Assembly (NCBI GenBank): GCA_944372095.1
Contig: CALVYG010000049.1
Span: 954-64,953, forward strand
Length of the DNA stretch: 64,000 nt
Origin: an uncultured Clostridia bacterium
GTDB lineage: Bacteria > Bacillota > Clostridia > Christensenellales > DTU072
Direction of reading: 5' to 3'
The notes below the pieces were generated by a model. It was not told where the DNA came from. It ran no database searches and saw only the letters and a list, made by a program, of their open reading frames with translations. The position numbers and the translations under genes are program-made. Shown here in pieces: positions 1-10,863 of the stretch. The number at the start of each line of letters is the position of its first letter. Positions within the stretch are counted from its first letter, which is position 1.

Positions 1-1859
1 TGCCCTAAATATTTGTACAAAGTGTTATTAAATATTACTGAGGAATTCTCTAACTCCGCAGCCCACGGTGTATCGTCGAAGGCATTATCGCAGACTCTTT
101 CCAAACCACTAGGTAAATTTAACTTTTCCAGCGCAATACAATCCTTAAAAGCATATTCTCCTATTGACGATACTGTAAAATAATTGTTTCTTCCGAAAAG
201 AGTTTCCGGTAAACTCACATCAGTCACAGTTCTGGTGATTCCGATAACTTCCGCCGTTCTGGTAGCAGAGTCAAAATATTCACCTATAATCAATTTGAAA
301 AGAACCGTTATACCGCTTTCGATTTCTTCCGTGTAAATGCTATCCAAGGCAGAACTGTCGGTTATTATTTTGTCGGAATAAGATGACAATAATGATTTAT
401 ATCCGCTTTCCTCTTCCATATCCACATAGATACCCGAGAGTTGATTAGAAAATATGTTTTCACCTATGCTTGAAATATTTGAAGCGCTTAGTAGTGATAA
501 GTCAACATAATTTATATGTACGCTGTTGAAAGCATTACTTCCTATATTTGTGACCTCAGACGATAAGACAACTCCGCCCACCACAGCATTATATAACGCA
601 TAGTCACATATTTTCGTAACAGCAGATTCAATAATATATTCGGCAGTAACTCTTCCGGAAGGATAAGCAAGGAGAACAGACTTGTCATTCTGATAAAGAG
701 AACCTTTTTCCGCTGAAAAATTTCTCGATGATGCATCCACATAAAAAGATTGAAGCGACGTACAATTCTTAAAAGACCCTTCCTCTATTGAAATAACGGT
801 AGACGGAATAGTAATTGTAGTAAGATATTTCGCATTATCGCCGCTGAAAGCGTCTTTTGAAATTGCAATAACATCCTGTCCGTCGCTTGTTGACGGTATT
901 TCCAAATCGGTAAGCAAACCTGTATATGACACTATTTCCTTGCCGTCCACACGTTTTCCGGCATATTCAATAGAAACAGTCGTATACGAAAATCCTATCG
1001 GAGTCCATACCGCATAGAATGTTACGTCATCGCTGATTTCATAAGGAAACTCTATCAAACCTTCTTTAACGGTGCCCGATAAGGATTCTTCTCTTGTAAT
1101 TTCTTTTGTCGTCCAACCGACAAAAACATAATCGTCCATAGCCATTTCATCTATGATATCTGATGCTGAATTTATGGATTTGGCTTTTATTTGCGCAATA
1201 CTGACATTCTCGTTATATGTTAAAAAAGTTACGGAATAAAGAAAATCTTCTGCATAAGCAACATATTCGAAATTCTCGTTCAAGACAACGGAAGTCATTC
1301 TTTGATTATCCACAACTTCTCCGTTTGCCTTCCAATGCCCGAAAACTTTCCCCTCTTCTTCTATCCAATCAATTACTATTTCCGTTCCTTTATCGTATTT
1401 TGCTTCAAAAATTCCGTCTGTAACCTGATAACTGACATTTGTTCCGTTAACCTGTACAGGAATTCCTCCCGTAATTTTAAGATTATATTGAACGTCATCA
1501 GGGTCTAACAAAACTATTGAGAAAGTACATTTACAATTTTCATAAACAACTTCTATCGTTTGTGTCCCCGGCTGATTTAATAAATTAAGACTTTTTACGC
1601 TTATATATTCATTCGTTAAAGGAATAGATTCCGTTTCATTATTATCATAGAGAATATTAAGTGTTATTTGAGGCAAACGGACATCCCCCGCGTAAACGTT
1701 TCCGGGAATTGTCGCTTTATCGACAGATATGGAAACCGGTTTTTTTATAACCGTATCTTCTCCGCCATCTTCATTGTCAGTATTTCCAGTACAAGCCGTA
1801 AAGAAAGCACAGAATACAATGATAAATATTGCTGTTAAAAAAACAATTTTTTTTCTCAT
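1..1859 (-). CDS. Surface lipoprotein with BspA-type leucine-rich repeats and Listeria-Bacteroides (Flg_new-type) repeats. Only the 5' part is present; the C-terminus runs off the window start.
   Basis: Absent from the ORF track because it is open to the window edge. My translation from ATG 1859..1857 gives MRKKIVFLTAIFIIVFCAFFTAC (signal peptide plus lipobox-like FTAC). Further motifs are YVFVGWTTKE...FYAVWTPIG, ITIPSTVISIEEGSFKNCTSLQSF and NAFDDTPW. These are collinear with the neighbouring 1405-aa protein. Confidence 0.8.
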   Translation of the reverse strand, partial: MRKKIVFLTAIFIIVFCAFFTACTGNTDNEDGGEDTVIKKPVSISVDKATIPGNVYAGDVRLPQITLNILYDNNETESIPLTNEYISVKSLNLLNQPGTQTIEVVYENCKCTFSIVLLDPDDVQYNLKITGGIPVQVNGTNVSYQVTDGIFEAKYDKGTEIVIDWIEEEGKVFGHWKANGEVVDNQRMTSVVLNENFEYVAYAEDFLYSVTFLTYNENVSIAQIKAKSINSASDIIDEMAMDDYVFVGWTTKEITREESLSGTVKEGLIEFPYEISDDVTFYAVWTPIGFSYTTVSIEYAGKRVDGKEIVSYTGLLTDLEIPSTSDGQDVIAISKDAFSGDNAKYLTTITIPSTVISIEEGSFKNCTSLQSFYVDASSRNFSAEKGSLYQNDKSVLLAYPSGRVTAEYIIESAVTKICDYALYNAVVGGVVLSSEVTNIGSNAFNSVHINYVDLSLLSASNISSIGENIFSNQLSGIYVDMEEESGYKSLLSSYSDKIITDSSALDSIYTEEIESGITVLFKLIIGEYFDSATRTAEVIGITRTVTDVSLPETLFGRNNYFTVSSIGEYAFKDCIALEKLNLPSGLERVCDNAFDDTPWAAELENSSVIFNNTLYKYLG

Positions 1860-1863
1860 ACCG

Positions 1864-4800
1864 CTACTCCCAAATTGCATAAACAGTATAATCGTTTGAT
1901 GTTGTTTCCGTCCAATTCGATAATCCTCTCCCCGTTTCGTCTGTAATCATCGAATCGCCGTTCTTACTGAGTGACCAACCGGTAAATCTTCTTCCGTCAG
2001 ACGTTTCCGGCACTCCCAGTTCATACGCCGAACCGTTAAAAACGTATTCGGTTATAATTTCAAAATCCGGACTTACATTTTCGTTATTCAAGTCGTAATT
2101 TAATTTATATCCGAAATCTGCTCTCAACTCTGCTCCGTTTTCCGCAACAATCCTCCATATTCCCTCAGATGAAATTCTACTTCCGTCCGTCATTCTCCAA
2201 AATACGTATTTTCCGTCAGGATTTTTTGTCGGTTCAAAAGAATAATTATCATCATAAGTTATATTCGTACGGTATTTTATAAGCCCTGACTCATCCTGGG
2301 AAACAATTTCAAAATCGAAACCGACCGAAGGTGATGCGTAAAGATATATTTCATATGTTTGCGGCACAAAATTACATTCCAATATTTGATTGTAAGGAAT
2401 CGCATAATCGACGTCGGCATTGATTACGTTCCCCTCGTTATCTGTCCATTGCGAAATGTCATAACCTACTTTTGTAATAGATTTTTGTATCTCGGACACC
2501 TCTTCGACAGTAATATTACTATATTTAATTTCAACAGTTTCAAGTTTGCCGCCATTATCGAAAACTATTACGGCAAAGGCGCCCCTTTCATCTTTGATTA
2601 AATATTTTGACCCATATTGCGTGGATCCGTCAGAATCTGTATATTGGAAGAAATCCATTCCCCATCGAGCAGATGCCCAATAAAGGTCAGCACCATTGAT
2701 ATAATCATGAATATAAAGTCCGTTATTGAATAAACTTCCGAAAACATCTTCTCCGAGATTAGAAATAAAGTCTGTATTCAAATCCAATTTAGTCATATTG
2801 TATGCCATGGAAAAAGCATTGCTTTCTATTTCTTCTATCAGTCTTAAATAAACTGTTTTCAGTTTTGCTCCGAAAAACGCATAAGATGTTATTTTTTTCT
2901 TTTCGCTAAAATAAATTACCTCAGAAGTTTTATAATCATGCATAACAATGTCAGTAGGAATAAACACTTCTTCGGTTAATCTTGAAGTTCTTACTATACT
3001 CACCCCTATTGTTCCCGAGGAATTCACTTCATATGCATATAAAACGTTTTTGTCATATGTCTTTGAAAATTCATCATAGTTATAGAAAAATGTATAAGGA
3101 GATTCATTCTTGTCCTTACTTGCCATAAGCGCTTCGTCGTTTCCGTAAAATTTCTTTTTGTTGTTGACGGAAATTTCAGAATCGGGCAAAACAACGTATT
3201 TCGGCTCCGCGTAGGCAAAAATTTTAGCGTAATCCGCAACAGGATTAGTAACAAATCTTATGTACATTAAACCCGGAATATTTACGGCAAATTCAGAAAT
3301 TTCAATCACGGTTTCAGTTACTACTATCGCCGCAATATTACTGTAATGTAATGAATAATCCCCGAATTTCGTAACATTCAGACTTTTCTCAAAATAATAA
3401 TTATCACGTTCTTTATCGTACAACAGAACGATTTTTTTCGAAACGCCGTTATCCTCGTCAAAAATATAATAATATTTCTGTCCGTTAGGAATTAAGCTTC
3501 CGTCCTCATATTCCACATCGGTTGTTTCAAGCAGATAATCTCCTCCGATAAGTTTAATTTCGTCTCCGCTTGTCCTTTCAATCTGAGTTCTGTCCAACCC
3601 CACAATATCCATATACAGCGTATAAGATTTGCCGTTAAAGTTAATTATTCCTATTTCGTTGGTTTCAAAATATTTATTTTCGTCACGTGTAATCGATACG
3701 GCATAAATTTTTAATGAAGTTGGATTGAATTCCGCATCCATTCTTCCTGCCGGATAAACTTTTAACTCATAACCGTTATCATGTTTTTCATAAAGTATTC
3801 CGTCATATACTTCGTACTTTGAATTTTCTTCCGTAAGAATAAATTCTTTCAACGCATAACATCCTACAAAAGCTTCCGGAGCAATCGACGACATAACTTT
3901 CGATAACTGTACGGATACCAATTCGTCGCAATAAGCAAACGCATATTCTCCGATACTCTTCCATGAATTTTTTGAGACCGCGGTTTCCTTCTGTAATACG
4001 ACATCGTTGATTTTCGTGCCGTAAAAAGCATATGCCCCGACATTTTCTATATTTTTTTTCAAATATACGGTTTTTGAGTCAACCGCATCCGAATAAATAA
4101 ATCCGTTAAACAACCGGCAGTTATAAAATGCATAAGCCGCTATATCCGTTAAAGTCGCATTTGATGTAATATCCAAATATTTCAATGAACTGTTACCGCT
4201 GAACGCTCCCTCAGCAATTTTTTCTATACCGTTCTCAAGTTTTACTTTTTCATCGGAACCAAAATATTTGTAATAAACAAAATTAGCTATAATTGCGTTA
4301 TCAGAAAGAGAATTTATCCAAGGTGTATTGTCAAATGCCCCGTCGCCGATTCTTTCGAGTCTGCTTCCTGCCGGAATTCTGAATACGGATAAATAATCGC
4401 ATGAAGCGAAAGCATCCTCCGCTATCGACGAAACTTCATACTCTCCTAAGTAAATCTGCAACGTATAGTTAACAACATTTCTGCTTACTGAAATAATTTC
4501 AGCCGTAGCTCCTTTATTTTCAAAATTTTCATCAGAAATCACCCTATAAACCGTTCTAGAAATAAGTCCGTCGGCCTCTGTTGTCTCAAATACGCCTATT
4601 TCCGTAATATCCGTTGAGTCCGTGATTATTTTATCCGAAACAGCAGAAAATTCTGAAAAACCGCAAAATGCTTCTTTCCTTCCCGATAAAAGATGTATTT
4701 TAGAAAGATTATCATGAAATAATTCGTTTCCTACCGTAAGTCCCGTAGGATTTACATAGTAAAAATCGACATAATCTATGTGTTCACTGTCAAAAGCGTT

Positions 4801-6081
4801 TCTGCCTATCGAATTGATTCCGCTGCTAAGAACGATTCCCCCCAAAGACGCATCGTAAAACGCATAAGAAGATATTGCCGTGGTCTCGGCAGCAATATAA
4901 TAAACGGCATCTGTTTTTGCCGGCGGGTAAGCAACCAAAGTCCTTTTATTGACTGAATATAAAACACCTTGTTCCGATAAAAAATAATCGGATTTCCCGT
5001 TAATCAATATCTCTTCAAGATGCGAGCACTCCCTGAAAGCTCCCTCTCCTATAATTGAAACTCCCGCAGGTAAAGTAACGGAAACCAGTTCTCGACCTCT
5101 TTCAGAAATAAAAGCGTTTGAACTTATTTCTTTTACGGGTTTGCCGTTGTATGTTTCCGGAATAACGAGATTTTTTATATCTCCGGAAAACGACGTAACC
5201 GCATAAGCGTCTCCTATATCTTTATATGTTATTCCGATAGGCGTCCATACGCCGTAAAGCACGGTATCTCTGGTTACGTCATAGGGAAAAGATATAATAT
5301 TTTTTTGATAGGCGGAATGAGCTTGCTCCTGCGTTATTTCATCTGTTGTCCATCCGAGAAAAACGTATCCGTCGATTTTTATTTCTTCTATATCCGACTC
5401 GTTTAATATATCCGTTGTTTTTGATTTAACGTTTAAACTATCGAATCCCGTTACAAAAGACACAGTGTTTACTACCGCTCCCGTATAAGCCCGGTAATGC
5501 ACATTATCGTTTACGGTAATATCGATAATGCTGCTCTCGGCAGACTTGATATCATTCAAAGTCCAATAATCAAAAAATCTTCCTGGCGTATCTTTCCAAT
5601 GAATAGTTAATCTTGTTCCCGAAACATATTGCTCGCTGAAATCCTCTCCGTCCGCAGGAATATAAGGAGCCACAAGCGTTGTTCCGTTTACAGCCGAAAC
5701 ATATCCTCCCGTAATCGTTACGGTGTAATAAACATCCGGCGGATTAACAAGGTTTAGTGACATTTTCGTAGTAAAACCTTTATATATAACCTTTAATTGG
5801 CGCATTCCTGCCTGCGTGAGTAATGCTTTGTCGGAATCGGCAATCATATCTTCACTAAGGGGATAATAATCGTTAGACCCGTCATTATAATTTATGATAA
5901 GTCTTATTTCGGAAAAATCGATTTGACCGATAACAAAATCTTTATCGGGAACAGAAACGGAAACGGAAACAATTTGCTTTTTTTCACCTTCTGTCGTCTC
6001 TCCGTTATCTATACATGCAGAAAAAGTAAAAATAACGACAAACAATATTATCAGTGTAAGCAATATTCCGTTTTTTTTCAT
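1864..6081 (-). CDS. Large surface lipoprotein (1405 aa) with an N-terminal Ig-like domain, BspA-type LRRs and Listeria-Bacteroides repeats
   Basis: N-terminus MKKNGILLTLIILFVVIFTFSAC is a signal peptide plus lipobox Cys. Repeated AF..C..L..I.IP..V..IG..AF units occur (e.g. ISSNAFISERGRELVSVTLPAGVSIIGEGAFRECSHLEEI). YVFLGWTTDE...LYGVWTPIG and RRFTGWSLSKNG...YTVYAIWE match the Listeria-Bacteroides repeat. Stop is TAG. Confidence 0.85.
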   Translation of the reverse strand: MKKNGILLTLIILFVVIFTFSACIDNGETTEGEKKQIVSVSVSVPDKDFVIGQIDFSEIRLIINYNDGSNDYYPLSEDMIADSDKALLTQAGMRQLKVIYKGFTTKMSLNLVNPPDVYYTVTITGGYVSAVNGTTLVAPYIPADGEDFSEQYVSGTRLTIHWKDTPGRFFDYWTLNDIKSAESSIIDITVNDNVHYRAYTGAVVNTVSFVTGFDSLNVKSKTTDILNESDIEEIKIDGYVFLGWTTDEITQEQAHSAYQKNIISFPYDVTRDTVLYGVWTPIGITYKDIGDAYAVTSFSGDIKNLVIPETYNGKPVKEISSNAFISERGRELVSVTLPAGVSIIGEGAFRECSHLEEILINGKSDYFLSEQGVLYSVNKRTLVAYPPAKTDAVYYIAAETTAISSYAFYDASLGGIVLSSGINSIGRNAFDSEHIDYVDFYYVNPTGLTVGNELFHDNLSKIHLLSGRKEAFCGFSEFSAVSDKIITDSTDITEIGVFETTEADGLISRTVYRVISDENFENKGATAEIISVSRNVVNYTLQIYLGEYEVSSIAEDAFASCDYLSVFRIPAGSRLERIGDGAFDNTPWINSLSDNAIIANFVYYKYFGSDEKVKLENGIEKIAEGAFSGNSSLKYLDITSNATLTDIAAYAFYNCRLFNGFIYSDAVDSKTVYLKKNIENVGAYAFYGTKINDVVLQKETAVSKNSWKSIGEYAFAYCDELVSVQLSKVMSSIAPEAFVGCYALKEFILTEENSKYEVYDGILYEKHDNGYELKVYPAGRMDAEFNPTSLKIYAVSITRDENKYFETNEIGIINFNGKSYTLYMDIVGLDRTQIERTSGDEIKLIGGDYLLETTDVEYEDGSLIPNGQKYYYIFDEDNGVSKKIVLLYDKERDNYYFEKSLNVTKFGDYSLHYSNIAAIVVTETVIEISEFAVNIPGLMYIRFVTNPVADYAKIFAYAEPKYVVLPDSEISVNNKKKFYGNDEALMASKDKNESPYTFFYNYDEFSKTYDKNVLYAYEVNSSGTIGVSIVRTSRLTEEVFIPTDIVMHDYKTSEVIYFSEKKKITSYAFFGAKLKTVYLRLIEEIESNAFSMAYNMTKLDLNTDFISNLGEDVFGSLFNNGLYIHDYINGADLYWASARWGMDFFQYTDSDGSTQYGSKYLIKDERGAFAVIVFDNGGKLETVEIKYSNITVEEVSEIQKSITKVGYDISQWTDNEGNVINADVDYAIPYNQILECNFVPQTYEIYLYASPSVGFDFEIVSQDESGLIKYRTNITYDDNYSFEPTKNPDGKYVFWRMTDGSRISSEGIWRIVAENGAELRADFGYKLNYDLNNENVSPDFEIITEYVFNGSAYELGVPETSDGRRFTGWSLSKNGDSMITDETGRGLSNWTETTSNDYTVYAIWE

Positions 6082-6174
6082 GCTAACTCCAAAACAATTC
6101 GTAAATATTATATAAATAATATATCATAAGAAAAAATAAAAATCAATACCTAAGACTTAAAGATAAAGAAAACA

Positions 6175-7584
6175 TTAAATATCGAAAAAAAGTTTTTTCC
6201 TTTCCAAGGTTTCATCTAATCTTTCGCAATATTCGCGAAACCCTTTCGGAACGGAGAGCCTTGCAATCTTCCCTCCGCAAACCAATTTACTCATTGCTCC
6301 TGCCCCGGCCCCCAGTATTGTTGACGCTTCTTCCATCATATCGATATTATATATGCACTGTTTCCCCGGCAAACAATATCCTGTATTCTCAAGGTTATCG
6401 GCAGTGTTTTTCTGTCGGTACATATAATACGGCACATATCCGGCATTTTTTAATTCTGAATGTGCGTAATCAATCATTTCCGATACTGTCCCGTATTCGT
6501 TCTTTTCCATCCCCGATACAGTAAAGACCGAACCTCTTTTAAGACTCAAAGAATGGACAGTAATGTTATCGGGCGATAGTTCAATACACTTTTTTAAGCT
6601 ATCCGAAAAAACATTAAAGTTTTCACCCGGCAATCCAGCAATCAAATCGGAATTTATAATAAATCCTTTTTCCCGAACAAGCGAATACGCATTGTAAAAA
6701 TCGTCTACGGTATGGCTTCTTCCTATAAGTTGCAAAGTATTATCGGAGAAAGTCTGAGGATTAACGCTTACACGGGTAACATTGGCATTTTTTAATACAT
6801 TTACGGTTTTCTCATCAATTGCATCAGGCCTTCCCGCCTCAACGGTAAATTCGGTCCCGAACTCCGACAACAGGCAAAGCAACCGGCTTAACCGTTCCGT
6901 ACCTATTGACGAAGGCGTCCCTCCCCCGACATAAATTGACCTGACGTTATATCCTTTTTTTGATATAATCTCAAAAATTGTTTTTAATTCTTTTTCCAAA
7001 CATTCAATATAAAAGTCAAGTTGTTTTTTAACGCGAAAAATCTCAGTACTTATAAAAGAACAATATTTACATCTTGAAGGGCAAAAAGGAATATTAACGA
7101 ATAGTCCGATATTTTTTTTATCGTTATTTATATAATTTTTCTGATTTTTTACACATTGCGCTATTAATTCGGATTTATTGGGAGAAACGTGGTATTTTTC
7201 AACCAATTCTTTTTCTGGGTATTCTAATTTTTTAAGTAATTCATAATAAAGTTTTGTCGGACGAACCCCCGTGAGACTTCCAAAAGGCAAGCTAATTTGC
7301 AATACTTCGGTCAAAAAATCATATAATGCACCTTTTATTCCTCTCTTCGTTTCACGCTTGTATTCATTAAAATCGTTATTTGAAATATGAAAATTATACG
7401 TCTTTTCTTTCCACAAATCACTTGAAATAGTCAAATTGAATATCGGATTTTTATATTCATACTCCCATTTCAGATAATGTTCCGAATTTTCGTTTATAAT
7501 TAAATAAGGCGCAAACGCACGCGGAATTTCTTGCACATCGTTGAGATAATCTTCTCTTTTATAAACCAGTCTTACCTCTGTCAT
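6175..7584 (-). CDS. hemZ: Radical-SAM enzyme of the HemN/HemZ family (oxygen-independent coproporphyrinogen dehydrogenase-like)
   Basis: 469-aa ORF. FVNIPFCPSRCKYCSF is a CxxxCxxC cluster motif, followed by a GGGTPS motif. The long N-terminal extension containing LTGVRPTK resembles HemZ-type paralogues. The HemZ subfamily call is from memory. Confidence 0.65.
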   Translation of the reverse strand: MTEVRLVYKREDYLNDVQEIPRAFAPYLIINENSEHYLKWEYEYKNPIFNLTISSDLWKEKTYNFHISNNDFNEYKRETKRGIKGALYDFLTEVLQISLPFGSLTGVRPTKLYYELLKKLEYPEKELVEKYHVSPNKSELIAQCVKNQKNYINNDKKNIGLFVNIPFCPSRCKYCSFISTEIFRVKKQLDFYIECLEKELKTIFEIISKKGYNVRSIYVGGGTPSSIGTERLSRLLCLLSEFGTEFTVEAGRPDAIDEKTVNVLKNANVTRVSVNPQTFSDNTLQLIGRSHTVDDFYNAYSLVREKGFIINSDLIAGLPGENFNVFSDSLKKCIELSPDNITVHSLSLKRGSVFTVSGMEKNEYGTVSEMIDYAHSELKNAGYVPYYMYRQKNTADNLENTGYCLPGKQCIYNIDMMEEASTILGAGAGAMSKLVCGGKIARLSVPKGFREYCERLDETLERKKLFFDI

Positions 7585-7590
7585 TTTTTC

Positions 7591-8211
7591 TTACACCGAA
7601 AGCGGATTAAATATTTTTTCCTCTTTAACCGTCGTACTCTCCTCGTGCCCGGGAAAAATTTTCATATCCTTTTCAATCGATAAAATTTTTTTCACGGATT
7701 CGGAAAGCTCTCCTAAACTTCCGCCGTAAAAATCAGTTCTGCCGTATGAATGGAAAAAAATCGTATCTCCGCTGAAAATTATCTCGTCATTAAAAATATA
7801 ACATACGCTACCTTTGGAATGCCCGGGGGTATGAATAACTTTAAAAATCATATTCGGGAATTCAATTGTTTCTCCGCCTTCCAGAACAACGTCGGGTTCA
7901 ATCGGCGTTATCGGCAATTTCCTTCCGGGAATTATTGATTTCTCACCGTTAATAAGCTCTATATCGTTACGGTGAATAAATACTTTTACACCCAATTTCT
8001 GCCATTTGTACGCATCGAGCGTATGGTCAAAATGTCCGTGTGTACATAAAACCGCGACGGGCTTTTTTCCAAGTCCGTCGATGTATTCTTTAATCTTTGC
8101 GTATCCGCCGCCAGGGTCGACTATGACTGCACTATTTGTATCGGCGGATGTTATTACATAACAATTTGTCGCAAGGTATCCGACAACAAATTTTTTTATT
8201 TCCGTCATCAT
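7591..8211 (-). CDS. MBL-fold metallo-hydrolase (glyoxalase II-like)
   Basis: 206-aa ORF with THGHFDH (HxHxDH) and downstream HTPGHS and GDTIF motifs. Its ATG overlaps the icd stop codon (TAATG). Confidence 0.8.
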   Translation of the reverse strand: MMTEIKKFVVGYLATNCYVITSADTNSAVIVDPGGGYAKIKEYIDGLGKKPVAVLCTHGHFDHTLDAYKWQKLGVKVFIHRNDIELINGEKSIIPGRKLPITPIEPDVVLEGGETIEFPNMIFKVIHTPGHSKGSVCYIFNDEIIFSGDTIFFHSYGRTDFYGGSLGELSESVKKILSIEKDMKIFPGHEESTTVKEEKIFNPLSV

Positions 8212-9392
8212 TATATTCTTTTTGCTATTTCATCGATAAAATCGTCTGTATTAACCACTTTCGCATCTCCCTCATAGACTGCGGCGAGGTCTTTTGTCAT
8301 TATTCCTTCTTCTATTGTTTTTATACCGGCACTTTCAAGTTTGTCGGCAAATTCGACAAGTGCCTTTATATCGTCAAGCTGTCCTCTTTTTCTGAGCGCG
8401 CCCGTCCAAGCGAACAGCGTCGCCATAGGATTGGTTGAAGTTTCCTCCCCTTTGAGATATTTGTAATAATGCCGCGTAACGGTTCCGTGCGCAGCTTCGT
8501 ACTCGTATTTTCCGTCAGGACTCACCAAAACAGAAGTCATCATTGCCAACGAGCCGAACGCCGTTGCAAGCATATCGCTCATAACATCTCCGTCATAGTT
8601 TTTGCATGCCCATACCATTCCGCCGCTGCTTTTTACTATTCTGCTTACGGCGTCGTCTATAAGCGTATAAAAGTACGTTATTCCTGCTTTTTCGAATTTA
8701 TCTTTAAATTCGGTTTCAAAGATTTCAAAGAAAATGTCTTTGAATCTATGGTCATAAATTTTGCTTATCGTATCTTTACTGCTGAACCATAAATCTTTTT
8801 TCACGTCAAGCGCATAATTCATACAGCTTCTTGCAAAGCTTTTAATACTTTTATCGGTATTATGCATACTTTGCACAATCCCCGCACCTTTAAAATCGAA
8901 AATCGTCTTTTCCGTACCGTCGGGAAGAAGCATTTTAACCGTTCCTCCTTCCGGAATGTATGCCTCTACTCCGCCGTAAACATCTCCATATGCATGTCTG
9001 GCTATTATAATGGGTTCTTTCCACGTAGGAATAAGCAATTTTATTCCTTTACAAAGTATAGGCGCACGAAAAACAGTTCCGTCAAGAGCCGCCCGCAACG
9101 TTCCGTTAGGCGATTTCCACATTTCGGACAAACCGTATTCTTCCACTCTTTGCGCATTAGGCGTTATCGTCGCACATTTAACACCCACTCCGTACTTCTT
9201 TATCGCATCGGCAGCTTCTTTTGTAACTTTATCTTTGGTTTTCTCTCTGTTTACTAAACCTAAATCATAGTATTCAGTTTTAAGGTCTACATACGGACAA
9301 ATAAGTTTGTCTTTAAGTTTTTTCCATATTATTCTCGTCATTTCATCGCCGTCCAATTCAACAAGCGGCGTATTCATCATTATTTTAGGCAT
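8211..9392 (-). CDS. icd: NADP-dependent isocitrate dehydrogenase, eukaryote-like homodimeric type
   Basis: 393-aa [23 protein letters not shown] and WKSPNGTLR motifs are characteristic of the roughly 400-aa IDH1/2-like class. AAGGAG RBS lies upstream. Confidence 0.85.
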   Translation of the reverse strand: MPKIMMNTPLVELDGDEMTRIIWKKLKDKLICPYVDLKTEYYDLGLVNREKTKDKVTKEAADAIKKYGVGVKCATITPNAQRVEEYGLSEMWKSPNGTLRAALDGTVFRAPILCKGIKLLIPTWKEPIIIARHAYGDVYGGVEAYIPEGGTVKMLLPDGTEKTIFDFKGAGIVQSMHNTDKSIKSFARSCMNYALDVKKDLWFSSKDTISKIYDHRFKDIFFEIFETEFKDKFEKAGITYFYTLIDDAVSRIVKSSGGMVWACKNYDGDVMSDMLATAFGSLAMMTSVLVSPDGKYEYEAAHGTVTRHYYKYLKGEETSTNPMATLFAWTGALRKRGQLDDIKALVEFADKLESAGIKTIEEGIMTKDLAAVYEGDAKVVNTDDFIDEIAKRI

Positions 9393-9405
9393 ATTATTTT
9401 ACTCC

Positions 9406-9909
9406 TTATATGAATTGCTTCGGATTCTTATTTATATATTCGGTAAATTTTATACTATATCCCCCGTCCTCTACCTTTTCACTTTCGCGAACCAACGTCC
9501 AACCTTCAAGTTTATCAAGATTTTCAAAAAAAACTTCCGCCTCTCCGTCCGCTTCTACTTTCGTAACAATCGCGGTATCACAATAAGGCAACATTGTGCG
9601 ATAAAACATTGCCCCGCCGACTACATATATATCATTCGTATTCCTTTCCCCGATTTCTTTTTTCAACTCTTCAATATCGTTGCAAATTATACAGTCATTA
9701 CGCTTTTCGCCTCCCGGCCAAAGGACAATATTTACTCTGTTTTTAAGCGGATTCCCTCCTGGAAAACTTTTCAATGTGTTGCTGCCCATTATAATTGTTT
9801 TTCCTGTGGTTTTTTCTTTAAAATGCGCCATATCGGCGGACAAATGAAATAATAAATCGTTTCTTTTCCCAATTCCCCAATTTTTATCGACAACAACTAT
9901 TGCTTTCAT
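9406..9909 (-). CDS. folA: Dihydrofolate reductase
   Basis: 167-aa ORF. VVDKNWGIGKRNDLLF...TTGKTIIMGSNTLKSFP...PLKNRVNIVL matches the DHFR pattern. It lies directly downstream of thyA. Confidence 0.85.
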   Translation of the reverse strand: MKAIVVVDKNWGIGKRNDLLFHLSADMAHFKEKTTGKTIIMGSNTLKSFPGGNPLKNRVNIVLWPGGEKRNDCIICNDIEELKKEIGERNTNDIYVVGGAMFYRTMLPYCDTAIVTKVEADGEAEVFFENLDKLEGWTLVRESEKVEDGGYSIKFTEYINKNPKQFI

Positions 9910-9921
9910 TATTTCCTCTTT

Positions 9922-10752
9922 CTATATTGCTACGGGCAGTTTTTTCCCGAGCAGATGGTAATTATAATTTTTTAATTCAAAATCTTCAACCCGAAAATCG
10001 TAAAAATTCGTTATCTTATCATTTATAACAAGCTGTGGCGCGGGATATTGCTCTTTTTCTATTACCTCTTTTGCTGTTTCTATATGCCTGTCATATAAGT
10101 GCGCGTCGGAAATCACGTGGACCAACTCCCCCGGTTCAAGGCCGCTTACCTGAGCAAACATCATTATAAGCACCGAATACTGCAAAACATTCCAATTATT
10201 TGCAACCAACATATCGTTGCTTCGCTGATTCAGAATTCCGTTCAATTTTTTACCCGAAACGTTAAAAGTCATTGAATATGCGCAAGGATAGAGATTCATT
10301 TCGTGCAAATCCTGAAAATTATATATATTAGTCATAATTCTACGGCTGTTTGGGTTGTTTTTCAAATCATACAAAACTCTGTCGACCTGGTCGAATTCAC
10401 CTTCTTTATAAATATGTTTCTGCGCCAACTGATACCCGTATGCCTTCCCTATAGAACCGTTTTCGTCCGCCCATGAATCCCATATATGACTATGCAAATC
10501 TTTAATATTATTGCTTTTTTTCTGCCATATCCATAAAATTTCGTCAATTGCGGCTACAAAATTTGTTTTCCTCAAAGTAAGAATCGGTAATTCTTTCGAC
10601 AAATCGTATCGATTGACTAATCCGAATTTTTTTATTGTATGCGCGGGGGTTCCGTCCTCCCATCTCGGACGCACCTCATAATCGGTATCCCATACGCCGT
10701 TATCCAAAATATCTTGAATGTTTTTTACGAAAATTTCGTCTGCGTAACTCAT
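9922..10752 (-). CDS. thyA: Thymidylate synthase (ThyA type)
   Basis: 276-aa ORF. Motifs are RRIMTNIYN, LYPCAYSMTFNV (catalytic Cys), NQRSNDM and SDAHLYDRH. Confidence 0.9.
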   Translation of the reverse strand: MSYADEIFVKNIQDILDNGVWDTDYEVRPRWEDGTPAHTIKKFGLVNRYDLSKELPILTLRKTNFVAAIDEILWIWQKKSNNIKDLHSHIWDSWADENGSIGKAYGYQLAQKHIYKEGEFDQVDRVLYDLKNNPNSRRIMTNIYNFQDLHEMNLYPCAYSMTFNVSGKKLNGILNQRSNDMLVANNWNVLQYSVLIMMFAQVSGLEPGELVHVISDAHLYDRHIETAKEVIEKEQYPAPQLVINDKITNFYDFRVEDFELKNYNYHLLGKKLPVAI

Positions 10753-10863
10753 TGCAGCTCCTAAAGTTATTTAATATACCTATAGTTACATTTTTTATTA
10801 AAAAAGTCAAGTATTATCCGCACCAATACATAATCCTTAGACAAAAAACGCGTTATCAACCGA

